A stretch of DNA of 64,000 nucleotides. Origin: Candidatus Poribacteria bacterium. Lineage in GTDB: Bacteria; Poribacteria; WGA-4E; PCPOR2b. Numbering within the stretch: the first letter of the stretch is position 1; every line of letters starts with the position of its first letter. Positions 31,146-40,237 of this stretch are shown one piece after another. The stretch covers positions 3,328,001 through 3,392,000 of the forward strand of contig OZ242351.1 of NCBI GenBank assembly GCA_965208675.1. Reading direction: 5' to 3'. The notes under the pieces were generated by a model that was given only the letters and a program-made list of their open reading frames with translations, was not told the origin of the DNA and did no database searches. The translations under genes were made by a program, and so were the position numbers.

Positions 31146-32168
31146 ATGCAAGTGCGGAAAGTAGATTTGAAATGCTTGATTGCTATGGGTGTGCTTTTCT
31201 TGAGCGGCTTCACCGCATTGATGATTGCTCAAGCACAAGCCCCCCATCGTTCAACCATTGCGATTGCCACATCTGGAGTGGAAGGATTCGGAATTTTTCT
31301 GCTCGATCCTCAGAAACCAGCAGCTGCTGCAGAACATCTCCTTGAAGTTAAAGGAGACCCCATCCCCGGTGGACTGGAGTGGTCGCCGGATGGTAATAAG
31401 ATTGCTTTCCATACCCAAATTGGTCAGAATATAGAAATCTTCGTGGTCGATGGTGATGGGAACGGTCTCAGACAGCTCACCGACCATGAGGCGGAAGATA
31501 GTTGGCCCGCTTGGCATCCGAGCGGCCAAAAGCTGGCATTCACGAGTAGCCGGGATGGCAACCTGGAAATCTACACCATGACAATGGGTGGAGAAATTAT
31601 CGCTAACCTAACGAACGATCCGGCTCCAGATAAAAATCCCGCTTGGTCGCCGAATGGCCGCAATATTGCTTTTACTACCAAGCGTGGGCGGACGCTGGCA
31701 GATATCTGGCTGATGGACTCTGCGGGAGGCAACCTAAAAAATCTGACCAACCACAAGGGCGAGGACCTTACCCCCTCGTGGTCGTGGGACGGCGAGAAGA
31801 TTGCTTTTACGACGCGGCGGTTTGGCGCCGGCCGTACGATGCGGATGGACGCCGATGGCGAGAATCTGTTGAAGATTTCCGCGCGTCAAGTGCCGCGGTT
31901 AGACCCTGAGTTTTCCCCGGATGGAAAAGAAATAGCGAACGTATGGTTTGGAGGCGGCCAGACACGCCTCCATATATGGCCAAGCGACGGCGGGCTTGCC
32001 GACGCCGACGAACACGCCGCGCCGGTGTGGAAAGAAATAGCACTCGGTTTTCCAAGTGCTGGCCCCGCCTGGTTTGACCCTGATTTTGTCGTACCGTTCT
32101 CTGTCGCCTCTACGGACAAACGCCCTTTGAGTTGGGGCTGGCTTAAGAAAGCCGGAGCCGAGAAGTAG
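31146..32168 (+). CDS. Secreted TolB-like PD40 propeller protein (paralog 2 of 3)
   Basis: Colinear with 30004; tail VASTDKRPLSWGWLK. Confidence 0.87.
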   Translation: MQVRKVDLKCLIAMGVLFLSGFTALMIAQAQAPHRSTIAIATSGVEGFGIFLLDPQKPAAAAEHLLEVKGDPIPGGLEWSPDGNKIAFHTQIGQNIEIFVVDGDGNGLRQLTDHEAEDSWPAWHPSGQKLAFTSSRDGNLEIYTMTMGGEIIANLTNDPAPDKNPAWSPNGRNIAFTTKRGRTLADIWLMDSAGGNLKNLTNHKGEDLTPSWSWDGEKIAFTTRRFGAGRTMRMDADGENLLKISARQVPRLDPEFSPDGKEIANVWFGGGQTRLHIWPSDGGLADADEHAAPVWKEIALGFPSAGPAWFDPDFVVPFSVASTDKRPLSWGWLKKAGAEK

Positions 32169-32289
32169 CGGGTGATAGACGAAGATTCATTCTTAACAAT
32201 TTACGAAGAGACATCGAAACACGGCGGCTATCCGTTAACTTTCAATGCATTCAATCCTGATTTGCAATTAGCAAAAGGAGGTAGAAATT

Positions 32290-33315
32290 ATGCAACACTC
32301 GATAACTACTTTGCGTCTAAGCATATTCACGGGTGTATTTCTTGTGAGTTGCTTTGCGCCAATCTTTAGCGTACACGCACAAGCGCCCACCGGCCCAACT
32401 ATTGCAGTTGCCAGTTTAGGGGACGGAGGGACGCTCTGGCTAATGGATACGGACGGAAATCAACAGAAAGCAATTCACGACATTGAGGGAGATCCGGTAG
32501 TCTTGGGGCTGTCGTGGTCCCCCGACGGCAATAAGATTGCGTTCTTTTCTGAAAAGAAGAAGGATGTAGATAGCGATGTGTATGTGGTGGACGCCGACGG
32601 AAAGGGGTTGAGGAATCTCACGGACCGTCAAGGGTTTGATGGCTGGCCCACATGGCATCCCAGCGGTCAAAGACTCGCCTTCACTTCCGATCGAGACGGC
32701 AATCTTGAAATTTACACCATGTCGGCTCAAGGAGTCGTCGGCGGCAACCTCACGAACGATGCTGTTCCCGACCAAATGCCCGCTTGGTCGCCGGATGGCC
32801 GTAAGATTGCCTTCGCCTCAAAGCGGGGGAAGACGCTAGGTGACATCTGGGTGATGGACACTAGCGGCGGCAACCTCCAGAATTTGACGGATCATAGGGG
32901 CCAGGACATTGAACCCCGATTTTCATTGGACTCCAAAAAAATTGCTTGGACAACACGGCGGTTCGGAGAAGGAGTCATCATGACCATGGACGCCGATGGA
33001 CAGAACAAGTTACAAATCACGCCCAACCCCGAGAACGAAAAGCGCGATCCGGCATTTTCGTCTGACGGAAAAAAAATTATCTACATTAGATTCGGCGGCG
33101 GTACGGCAAATGTCCAGCGGCGGTCGGTTAAACAGTTTGCAAAGGGAGAAGCAAACCTCTGCGCAGGGGATTGCTTTGAACTTCCGGCGATTGGTTTCCC
33201 GACACGTTCACCGGTATGGTTCGACCCGGATTTTGTAGTTGAGTGGGCGGTTTCTCCGGCTGATAATCGTCCATTGACTTGGGGTTGGATAAAACGGTTG
33301 GGACAGAGCAGATAA
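32290..33315 (+). CDS. Secreted TolB-like PD40 propeller protein (paralog 3 of 3)
   Basis: AAGGAGG RBS; PD40 repeats; tail VSPADNRPLTWGWIK. Confidence 0.87.
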   Translation: MQHSITTLRLSIFTGVFLVSCFAPIFSVHAQAPTGPTIAVASLGDGGTLWLMDTDGNQQKAIHDIEGDPVVLGLSWSPDGNKIAFFSEKKKDVDSDVYVVDADGKGLRNLTDRQGFDGWPTWHPSGQRLAFTSDRDGNLEIYTMSAQGVVGGNLTNDAVPDQMPAWSPDGRKIAFASKRGKTLGDIWVMDTSGGNLQNLTDHRGQDIEPRFSLDSKKIAWTTRRFGEGVIMTMDADGQNKLQITPNPENEKRDPAFSSDGKKIIYIRFGGGTANVQRRSVKQFAKGEANLCAGDCFELPAIGFPTRSPVWFDPDFVVEWAVSPADNRPLTWGWIKRLGQSR

Positions 33316-33347
33316 TCCCTGGCGCAGACTCCGTCCACCAGCTAACG

Positions 33348-33797
33348 ATGAATCAATACAGGCATACCCAGATAGGTTATCTCCTTATCATCATGTATGG
33401 CGGGGTGGTAGTCCTCATAGGTTATTTTAATGTTTTGACGAGTTTTAGTAACCCGTTTGCCTTAGTCGCACTTATAGTTTTGCTTGCTATTCTGAAGTTT
33501 TTCTCTAGCTTGACCGTCACGGTCGATGCCCAGGTGATTAAGGTTCAATTTGGGGTCGGTGTTTATCGTAAAATTATTCCGCTAAAAGAGATTGAGTCTT
33601 ACGCTGTAGTCAAGAATCCTTGGTATTACGGTTGGGGAATAAGATACACGCCTCGGGGTTGGCTATTCAATGTGTCGGGGTTCTCGGCAGTCGAACTGCA
33701 ATTGAATAATGGGAAGAGATATCGGATCGGGACGGATGAACCGGATAATCTTGCGATTGCACTTTCGGATGCCCTGAATGATGCTCGCATTCGTTAA
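33348..33797 (+). CDS. Small membrane protein with PH-like domain
   Basis: Two TM helices, then 'YGWGIR', 'NVSG..AVEL', 'IGTDEP'. Confidence 0.72.
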   Translation: MNQYRHTQIGYLLIIMYGGVVVLIGYFNVLTSFSNPFALVALIVLLAILKFFSSLTVTVDAQVIKVQFGVGVYRKIIPLKEIESYAVVKNPWYYGWGIRYTPRGWLFNVSGFSAVELQLNNGKRYRIGTDEPDNLAIALSDALNDARIR

Positions 33798-34605
33798 CGC
33801 GGCGCAGTGGAGGAAAACAGTGTTTTATCGCATTGTACTATGCGTTTCGATTGCGTTTATCAGCGTAGTTACCTTCGCTAGTATCTTCGTAACACCAGGG
33901 TATGCAGAAATTGACCCAGACACCATTGTAGGATTGTGGTTGTTAGACGAGGATAAAGGCAGGGAAGTTAAAGATAGTTCTGGCAATGAACTTCACGGGT
34001 CGTTCACCGGGTCTCCCAAGTGGAGGGAAGGAAAATTCGGCCGGGCTTTGGAACTCCCAGGTGGAGGCGACACTGTCAAAATTGAAGGATTAGCACAGGA
34101 CTTTCCCGCCGAAGAAGTGACAATCACATCGTGGGTGAAAGCAGAGGGGCTCAAGAATCAAGACCTATTTAGTCTCGAACCACTTGACCCTAGCCGTGTC
34201 ACAGTCCACTTTCCCAGGGATAATCAACTTCACTGGCAGTTCAGCACGATATGGATGCATCCACCAATTCCCCTTGGTCAGGAGGTTGAAGGTAAATGGC
34301 AACACTGGGCTTTCATCCATAGTATTGCGGAAAACGTAATGCTTGCCTATCAGGATGGTGAGGTGGTCGGAGAATCACTGAATTCCAAAGCGTATGCTCC
34401 CCGGGCCGGAGATTTTCACATAGGCGGTAGGCTAGGTTCTTCCTTTAAAGGTTTCGTTGACGAAGTTGGAATCTTTGAGGCTGTCCTCAGTCAAGATGAT
34501 ATACAAAGCATCATGGAAAACGGCCTGGAGACGCAAGTCTTTGCAGTTACGCCAACAGGCAAAGTTGCGGTTTCATGGGGTAAAGTCAAGGCACGAAGAG
34601 AATGA
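33778..34605 (+). CDS. Secreted LamG/concanavalin A-like domain protein (paralog 1 of 3)
   Basis: 'GLWLLDE..G....DSSGN..HG', 'GKFG.AL', 'WQHWAF', 'F.G.VDEV.IF...LS'; tail VTPTGKVAVSWGKVK. Confidence 0.87.
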   Translation: MMLAFVNAAQWRKTVFYRIVLCVSIAFISVVTFASIFVTPGYAEIDPDTIVGLWLLDEDKGREVKDSSGNELHGSFTGSPKWREGKFGRALELPGGGDTVKIEGLAQDFPAEEVTITSWVKAEGLKNQDLFSLEPLDPSRVTVHFPRDNQLHWQFSTIWMHPPIPLGQEVEGKWQHWAFIHSIAENVMLAYQDGEVVGESLNSKAYAPRAGDFHIGGRLGSSFKGFVDEVGIFEAVLSQDDIQSIMENGLETQVFAVTPTGKVAVSWGKVKARRE

Positions 34606-34734
34606 ATTTGAATTTGCTATCGACAGTGGTTGGTTTCAGTAGGTGCGTTGCTTGCTGTCGATGGATAACATATGACAGCACAGTTGCAATAAAATTTTGA
34701 AACACATCAAAATTACCAATTAGGAGGAAATACA

Positions 34735-35532
34735 ATGTTTATTCGTAATGCAACCCAATTTTCGATTGTATTTATGAGTTTAGTAGCCATCGGTTGGGTT
34801 TTCACACCATCCGGTCATGCGGAGATTGACCCAGATACCATTGTAGGGATGTGGCTGCTCGACGAGGATAAGGGCAAAGAAGCCAAAGATGGTTCAGGCA
34901 ATGAACGTCATGGAACTTTCACCGGATCCCCCAAATGGAGAGAAGGCAAGTTCGGCCGGAGCGTGGAGTTTTCCGGTGGAGGCGATACTGTAAGAATAGA
35001 TGGATTGGGGCAGGAATTTCCCACGGAGGAAGTAACAATTACGTCGTGGGTGAAGGTAGAGGGTTTCAACAATCAAGACCTTTTTAGCCTTGAGCCGCTT
35101 GAGGTCGGTAACAGGGGCCGCGTCACAGTCCACATGCCGTGGGACGGCGGTGTTCACTGGCAGTTTGGTTCGCCATTTACGGGGATTAATCCAGTTGCGC
35201 TCGACAAAGGCGTGGAAGGCAAATGGCAGCACTGGACGTTCGTCCATAGTGTTGCAGATAACGTGTTCCTTGTTTATCAGGACGGCAAGGAAGTGCAAAG
35301 GAACGTGAATTCGCAGGCGTTTGTTCAAGGAGCCGCAGATTTTCACATAGGCGGTAGACTGGGGTCCTCATTTGAGGGTTTCGTCGATGAGTTCGCAATA
35401 TTTGAGGCTGTCCTTAGCCCGGCTGACATAAATAGCATCATGGAAAACGGTCTTGAAGCTCGCGTCTTTGCGGTTTCTCCAGCTAGCAAACTTTCGACCT
35501 CCTGGGGTCGAATTAAAGAACTGAGAGAGTAA
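34735..35532 (+). CDS. Secreted LamG domain protein (paralog 2 of 3)
   Basis: AGGAGG RBS; same LamG motifs; tail VSPASKLSTSWGRIK. Confidence 0.88.
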   Translation: MFIRNATQFSIVFMSLVAIGWVFTPSGHAEIDPDTIVGMWLLDEDKGKEAKDGSGNERHGTFTGSPKWREGKFGRSVEFSGGGDTVRIDGLGQEFPTEEVTITSWVKVEGFNNQDLFSLEPLEVGNRGRVTVHMPWDGGVHWQFGSPFTGINPVALDKGVEGKWQHWTFVHSVADNVFLVYQDGKEVQRNVNSQAFVQGAADFHIGGRLGSSFEGFVDEFAIFEAVLSPADINSIMENGLEARVFAVSPASKLSTSWGRIKELRE

Positions 35533-35609
35533 CCCCGGACGTGCTGCCGCAAGCGAATTTTCATTTCTTTGTATTCACATTTGTCCTACAGTCCATGTGC
35601 GACTGGACT

Positions 35610-35636
35610 CTTGCGAAGGTTTTAAACCTTCGCAAG
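35610..35636. repeat. Perfect-stem palindrome (REP-like or terminator)
   Basis: CTTGCGAAGGTTT-T-AAACCTTCGCAAG. Confidence 0.6.
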
Positions 35637-35742
35637 AACTAACCTGGTTATCGTAAAATCCTGGCACCCATATTTACACCCTTCGCGGGACGAGCCGAGT
35701 GACCATAGACAGCGAAATAAGAATCTTTGGAAATCGGCCATA

Positions 35743-35856
35743 GTGCAAACACAGGATTGCGAAGCGACGCTGACGGATGCGCAGATCGTAGCGTTCTGAA
35801 AAAACGGGTTCTTAATTTGTGAAGGCGTTGTTTCGGATGAAATCAATCGGCAAATC
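35743..35856 (+). pseudogene. 5' remnant of a PhyH-family gene
   Basis: Translates VQTQDCEATLTDAQIVAF*KNGFLICEGVVSDEINRQI, matching the N-terminus of 36893 (MPTHDCEATLTDTQVMEFCKNGFLMFEGVVPDEINQRV); Cys codon replaced by TGA at 35797. Confidence 0.8.
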
Positions 35857-35876
35857 ATTCATCGGGGGCAGAAACG

Positions 35877-36662
35877 ATGTTTTTTCGTGTTGTAACTAGG
35901 TTTGTGGTTGCATGTATGAGTTTACTAGCCTTTGACTGGATCTTCGCACCATCAGTGTATGCAGAGATCGACCCGGATACCATAAGAGGGTTATGGCTTC
36001 TTGACGAAGGTAAGGGGAAGGAGGCCAAGGACAGCTCAGTCAATGAACTTCACGGGACGTTCACGGGAACCCCCAAATGGAGAGATGGCAAGTTCGGCAA
36101 GAGTTTGGAGTTTCCAGGGGGAGGCGATACGGTCAAGATTGAGGGATTTGCCAAGGACTTTCCCGCGGAAGAAGTGACAATCACGTCGTGGGTGAAGTTA
36201 GAGGGGTTCAATAATCAAGACCTTTTTAGTATGGAACCGCTTGACCCTAGTCGCGTCACAGTCCACTTCCCATGGGATAACGCTGTCCACTGGCAGTTTG
36301 GCATTAACAATGGTATTAATCCAATTCCAATCGGCGACGAGATAAAAGGCAAATGGCAGCATTGGGCTTTCATCCATAGCGTTGCGGATAACGTAATGCT
36401 AGTCTACCAGGATGGAAAGGAAGTACGACGCGTGGGGGTCTCCAAGGAGTATGTTCCGCGGGCCGGAAGTTTTCACATTGGCGGTAGACTGGGTTCTTCT
36501 TTTGAAGGATTCGTTGACGAAGTTGGACTATTTGAAGCTGTTCTCAGCCAAGCTGACATAAAGAGAATCATGGACAATGGACTTGAGGGGGGTGTATTTG
36601 CTGTTTTACCAACTAGCAAACTTGCGACCTCCTGGGGCAAAATTAAGATGCGGAGGGAGTGA
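35877..36662 (+). CDS. Secreted LamG domain protein (paralog 3 of 3)
   Basis: Same LamG motifs; tail VLPTSKLATSWGKIK. Confidence 0.88.
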   Translation: MFFRVVTRFVVACMSLLAFDWIFAPSVYAEIDPDTIRGLWLLDEGKGKEAKDSSVNELHGTFTGTPKWRDGKFGKSLEFPGGGDTVKIEGFAKDFPAEEVTITSWVKLEGFNNQDLFSMEPLDPSRVTVHFPWDNAVHWQFGINNGINPIPIGDEIKGKWQHWAFIHSVADNVMLVYQDGKEVRRVGVSKEYVPRAGSFHIGGRLGSSFEGFVDEVGLFEAVLSQADIKRIMDNGLEGGVFAVLPTSKLATSWGKIKMRRE

Positions 36663-36892
36663 TCCAAACCCTCCTTCCTTGGAATTCTCCCATCTTGTGT
36701 TGGGTATTCTATCAGAGTTTCATTTTATCCATACGGTACCAAACCCTAGCGGAGGTTTCAAGACTTAGTAAGGTTAAATCTTTCCTAACCTACCATCAGG
36801 CCTAAACACTTTCTCAATCCAAAAGGAACCTTTTTTGGGATTAGTTCAGTAATCAGTAGCGGAAAAGAAAAGGACAAATGAGGTCTACCTAA

Positions 36893-37675
36893 ATGCCAAC
36901 ACACGATTGCGAAGCAACGCTGACCGATACGCAAGTCATGGAATTCTGCAAGAACGGCTTCTTAATGTTTGAAGGCGTTGTGCCGGATGAAATTAATCAG
37001 CGAGTCTGTCAATATTCCGATGAACATGAGGCCCAGGTGCCTGCAGGTGAAGATTGGTACATTGAGAACGTAACGCTAAATCCACAAGTGACCGGAGCGA
37101 TACGTTCCGTTTTGGGCAAGAATTTCCGTTATAATCTCTTCGCGGGGAATCATCGAGTCCAGTGTCCTACCCGGGCAACCGGCGGATGGCATAACGATGG
37201 AGGGTCTGTATACAAACCTCATCTTGACTCCCTACAGGTGTTCTACTATCCGCAGCATACCCCAGTCGAACTCGGGCCGACCGAAGTTGTTCCCGGTTCC
37301 CACTTTCTAGTTCATTTACAGCGCTGGATGGGACACTATACGGGCATCAAAGGAGCAGTTTCTACTGCAGCGCCCGCGGGCTCGATTTTTCTCACTATCT
37401 ATTCTATCTGGCATCGGCGGAGTACTTCCACCGCGAGCGGCATCCGTAATCTGATTAAATATTGGTATATACGTACGTCGCCGCCGGAGCGCGACTGGGT
37501 TATCGAACCGGATTTTGACCTCGTACGCCCCTATCATTTCCCGCCGGGACAATCCTTTCACAGGGAACATCACCACACAGTCAATGACGCCGCTGAGATT
37601 TTTTATTGGTTGTGCGGAAAACACGACGACTATCGCGGGCACACCAACAATTTGCCCGTCTATTTCTCTAGATAG
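36893..37675 (+). CDS. PhyH-family Fe(II)/2-oxoglutarate dioxygenase (1 of 4)
   Basis: 'F.KNGFL..EGVVP', HxD in 'WHND', 'GPTEVVPGSH', distal His in 'IWHRR'. Confidence 0.85.
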   Translation: MPTHDCEATLTDTQVMEFCKNGFLMFEGVVPDEINQRVCQYSDEHEAQVPAGEDWYIENVTLNPQVTGAIRSVLGKNFRYNLFAGNHRVQCPTRATGGWHNDGGSVYKPHLDSLQVFYYPQHTPVELGPTEVVPGSHFLVHLQRWMGHYTGIKGAVSTAAPAGSIFLTIYSIWHRRSTSTASGIRNLIKYWYIRTSPPERDWVIEPDFDLVRPYHFPPGQSFHREHHHTVNDAAEIFYWLCGKHDDYRGHTNNLPVYFSR

Positions 37676-37689
37676 CGAGGGAAAATACT

Positions 37690-38481
37690 GTGAGCAGGCA
37701 TGACTGCAAACCAACGCTGACCGATACACAAGTTCTTGAGTTTTGCAGGAATGGGTTCTTAATGTTCGAAGGCGTTGTGCCGGATGAAGTTAATCAACGG
37801 GTCTTTGACTATTGCGACAAAAACGACGGCCGCGTACCGGCAGGCGAGGATTGGTATATTGAGAATGTGACGCTTAACCCGCAAGCGGCGGGGGCGATAC
37901 GGTCTCTTCTCGGAAAAAACTTCCGTTGGTCTGGGGCGGGCAACCATCGCATCCAATGTCCGCTTGAAGAAGTACACCAACAGTCGAACGGTTTGTGGCA
38001 TAACGACGGCGGTTCGGTGTACACTCCGGAGCTAGACTGTCTACAGGTGTTCTATTATCCGCAGGATACTCCGGTCGAGCTAGGTCCGACAGAGGTGGTA
38101 CCCAGTTCGCATTTTCTCCGGAGTTACCATTTCTGGATGGGGCATTATGGCAGGATTCGGAACGCAGTTTCCACCGCAGCTCCGGCTGGTTCGATTTTTC
38201 TCACCATCTACCGTATTTGGCATCGGCGCACCCCATCCACAGCTACCGGAGTTCGCAACCTAATTAAGTATTCGTACATTCGAACCGTGCCGCCGGAGAG
38301 AGATTGGATTATTGAACCGGAGTTCGATCTAGCACATTCCTATCACGCGCCTGCTGGACCTCAGTTCCATCGGGAATACCACCGCACAATCAATGACGCT
38401 GCCGAGATTTATTTTTGGCTGTGCGGAAAACACGATCAATATCGCGGCACGCGCAATAATTTGCCTATCTATTACTCTTGA
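37690..38481 (+). CDS. PhyH-family dioxygenase (2 of 4)
   Basis: 'WHNDGG', 'GPTEVVPSSH', 'IWHRR'. Confidence 0.85.
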   Translation: MSRHDCKPTLTDTQVLEFCRNGFLMFEGVVPDEVNQRVFDYCDKNDGRVPAGEDWYIENVTLNPQAAGAIRSLLGKNFRWSGAGNHRIQCPLEEVHQQSNGLWHNDGGSVYTPELDCLQVFYYPQDTPVELGPTEVVPSSHFLRSYHFWMGHYGRIRNAVSTAAPAGSIFLTIYRIWHRRTPSTATGVRNLIKYSYIRTVPPERDWIIEPEFDLAHSYHAPAGPQFHREYHRTINDAAEIYFWLCGKHDQYRGTRNNLPIYYS

Positions 38482-38581
38482 TGCCGTGGTGTCGAGTAAT
38501 GACGATTGTAGCAGAAGTATTCAGCCAAAAATCAGCTGTGATGCGGGTACGGTAGAAGAGAATTTCTGGGGTAATTTATCG

Positions 38582-39367
38582 ATGAAAACTTATAACTGTG
38601 AACCTACGCTTACAGACACCCAGATACTGGAAATCTGTAGAGACGGCTTCAAAATGCTCAAGGGTGTTGTGCCGGAAGCGATAAATAAGCAAGCGTTCGA
38701 GTTTCTGGATTTACACCCGCACGGCACACCCGTTGAAATCCTCGAGGAGGATTGGTTTGTCGAGAACGTAATACTCAATGCGCAGGCAGTAGGTATTGTG
38801 CGGTCGCTTCTGGGGAAAAACTTTGCGCTTCCCACCCGGATGGCCAATCATCGCGCTGAGCGTCCCGGACCAGCGCAACATTGGCACCGGGATGGTGGAT
38901 CGGTATACAGTCCCGAAATGGACAGTTTACAGGTGTTCTATTATCCACAGGACACACCGCTAGAGTTGGGGCCAACACAGGTGGTGCCCGGTTCACACCT
39001 GCTCTTCTCTTTGCAGAGCTATATGAGTCACTATGGCGGTATTCGAGTTGCACATCCAACCGTAGCCCCTGCTGGCTCAATTTTCATCACGATATATTCG
39101 ATTTGGCACCGCCGCGGCCCATCCACTGCGCACGGTACGCGCAATCTGCTGAAATATTGGTACCGTCGAACTGTACCGCCCGAGCGCGACTGGATTATTG
39201 AACCGGAGTTCAATCTGAAGCAGGCATATCATTTCCCCCACGGCTTAACCTTCAATCGAGAAGGCCACAAGACTATTAATGACGCCGCGGAAATCTATTT
39301 TTGGTTGTGCGGTAAGCACGACCAATTTCGCGCGCGCACTAACAATTTGCCCGCCTATTTCTCATGA
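38582..39367 (+). CDS. PhyH-family dioxygenase (3 of 4)
   Basis: Start placed at ATG 38582 by alignment with the paralogs; 'WHRDGG', 'GPTQVVPGSH', 'IWHRR'. Confidence 0.85.
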   Translation: MKTYNCEPTLTDTQILEICRDGFKMLKGVVPEAINKQAFEFLDLHPHGTPVEILEEDWFVENVILNAQAVGIVRSLLGKNFALPTRMANHRAERPGPAQHWHRDGGSVYSPEMDSLQVFYYPQDTPLELGPTQVVPGSHLLFSLQSYMSHYGGIRVAHPTVAPAGSIFITIYSIWHRRGPSTAHGTRNLLKYWYRRTVPPERDWIIEPEFNLKQAYHFPHGLTFNREGHKTINDAAEIYFWLCGKHDQFRARTNNLPAYFS

Positions 39368-39383
39368 GAGGGGAGGAGTGGCA

Positions 39384-40226
39384 TTGGAAGCATATGATTT
39401 TGAGCCGACACTGACCGATACACAAGTGGTCGAGTTCTGTAAGCAGGGCTACCTGATGCTGGAAGGTGTCGTTTCGGAGGAAATTAACCAACGCGTGTGT
39501 GAAAGTGTGGTGGGCGGATTTGAAGATGGGCGGCTGCTTCAGGAGGACTGGTTTCTTAACGATGTGATTCTCAATCCTCAAGCCGCTGGAGCGGTGCGGT
39601 CGCTGCTCGGAAAGGAATTTTCTACTCCGGTTGGGTTGCACAATCATCGGGTTGAATGTCCTGCGCCGTCTCAACATTGGCATCGGGACGGCGGATCGCG
39701 TCACGAACCGGGACTCAATCATTTGCAGGTTTTTTATTATCCGAAGGATACTCCTGTGGAGCTTGGGCCGACAGAGGTACTTCCCTCCTCCCATTTTTTG
39801 TTCTGCTTCCAAAGCTGGATGGGGCACTACGGCAACATAAAGGGCGCAATTAAAACAGCCGCGCCGGCGGGGTCAATTTTCCTCACGGCATATCCGATAT
39901 GGCATCGGCGGCCCGTGTCAACCGGGCATGGCGTTCGCGATATGTTAAAATACCTTTATTGGCGAACCGTTCCACCCGAGCGGGATTGGGTTATCGAACC
40001 CGATTTCGAACCAGCCGCAGCAACCTATAGCCGGAAAGGTGCAGCTTCCCACCCACCTCGGCAGCAGTTTGACGATTGGTATGATGCCGCCGAGATGTTT
40101 TTTTGGTTATGTGGGAAATCTAGCGAGTTGACCACTATATTGGGTGGTGAAGGCTGGCCGGCAGGATACCCTCCGCCGCGTCCTGATGCGCAGATTTATC
40201 CGCCCAAGGGATTCCGCCGATTTTAG
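39384..40226 (+). CDS. PhyH-family dioxygenase (4 of 4); start GTG 39378 or TTG 39384
   Basis: GGAGG RBS; 'WHRDGG', 'GPTEVLPSSH', 'IWHRR'. Confidence 0.85.
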   Translation: MEAYDFEPTLTDTQVVEFCKQGYLMLEGVVSEEINQRVCESVVGGFEDGRLLQEDWFLNDVILNPQAAGAVRSLLGKEFSTPVGLHNHRVECPAPSQHWHRDGGSRHEPGLNHLQVFYYPKDTPVELGPTEVLPSSHFLFCFQSWMGHYGNIKGAIKTAAPAGSIFLTAYPIWHRRPVSTGHGVRDMLKYLYWRTVPPERDWVIEPDFEPAAATYSRKGAASHPPRQQFDDWYDAAEMFFWLCGKSSELTTILGGEGWPAGYPPPRPDAQIYPPKGFRRF

Positions 40227-40237
40227 GAAATTAAAAC

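Noticed and set aside
35797-35799. Selenocysteine TGA at a conserved Cys position
   Set aside because: Homology ends about 20 codons later and the frame closes near 35896, so this is a pseudogene remnant
4131-39383. Extended ORF-track starts at 4131, 9675, 20635, 33279, 38393 and 39279
   Set aside because: They overlap upstream genes or repeats; RBS position and paralog alignment support the downstream starts
13963-40226. Diversity-generating retroelement behind the paralog arrays
   Set aside because: No reverse transcriptase, and no template/variable repeat pair with adenine-specific differences was seen
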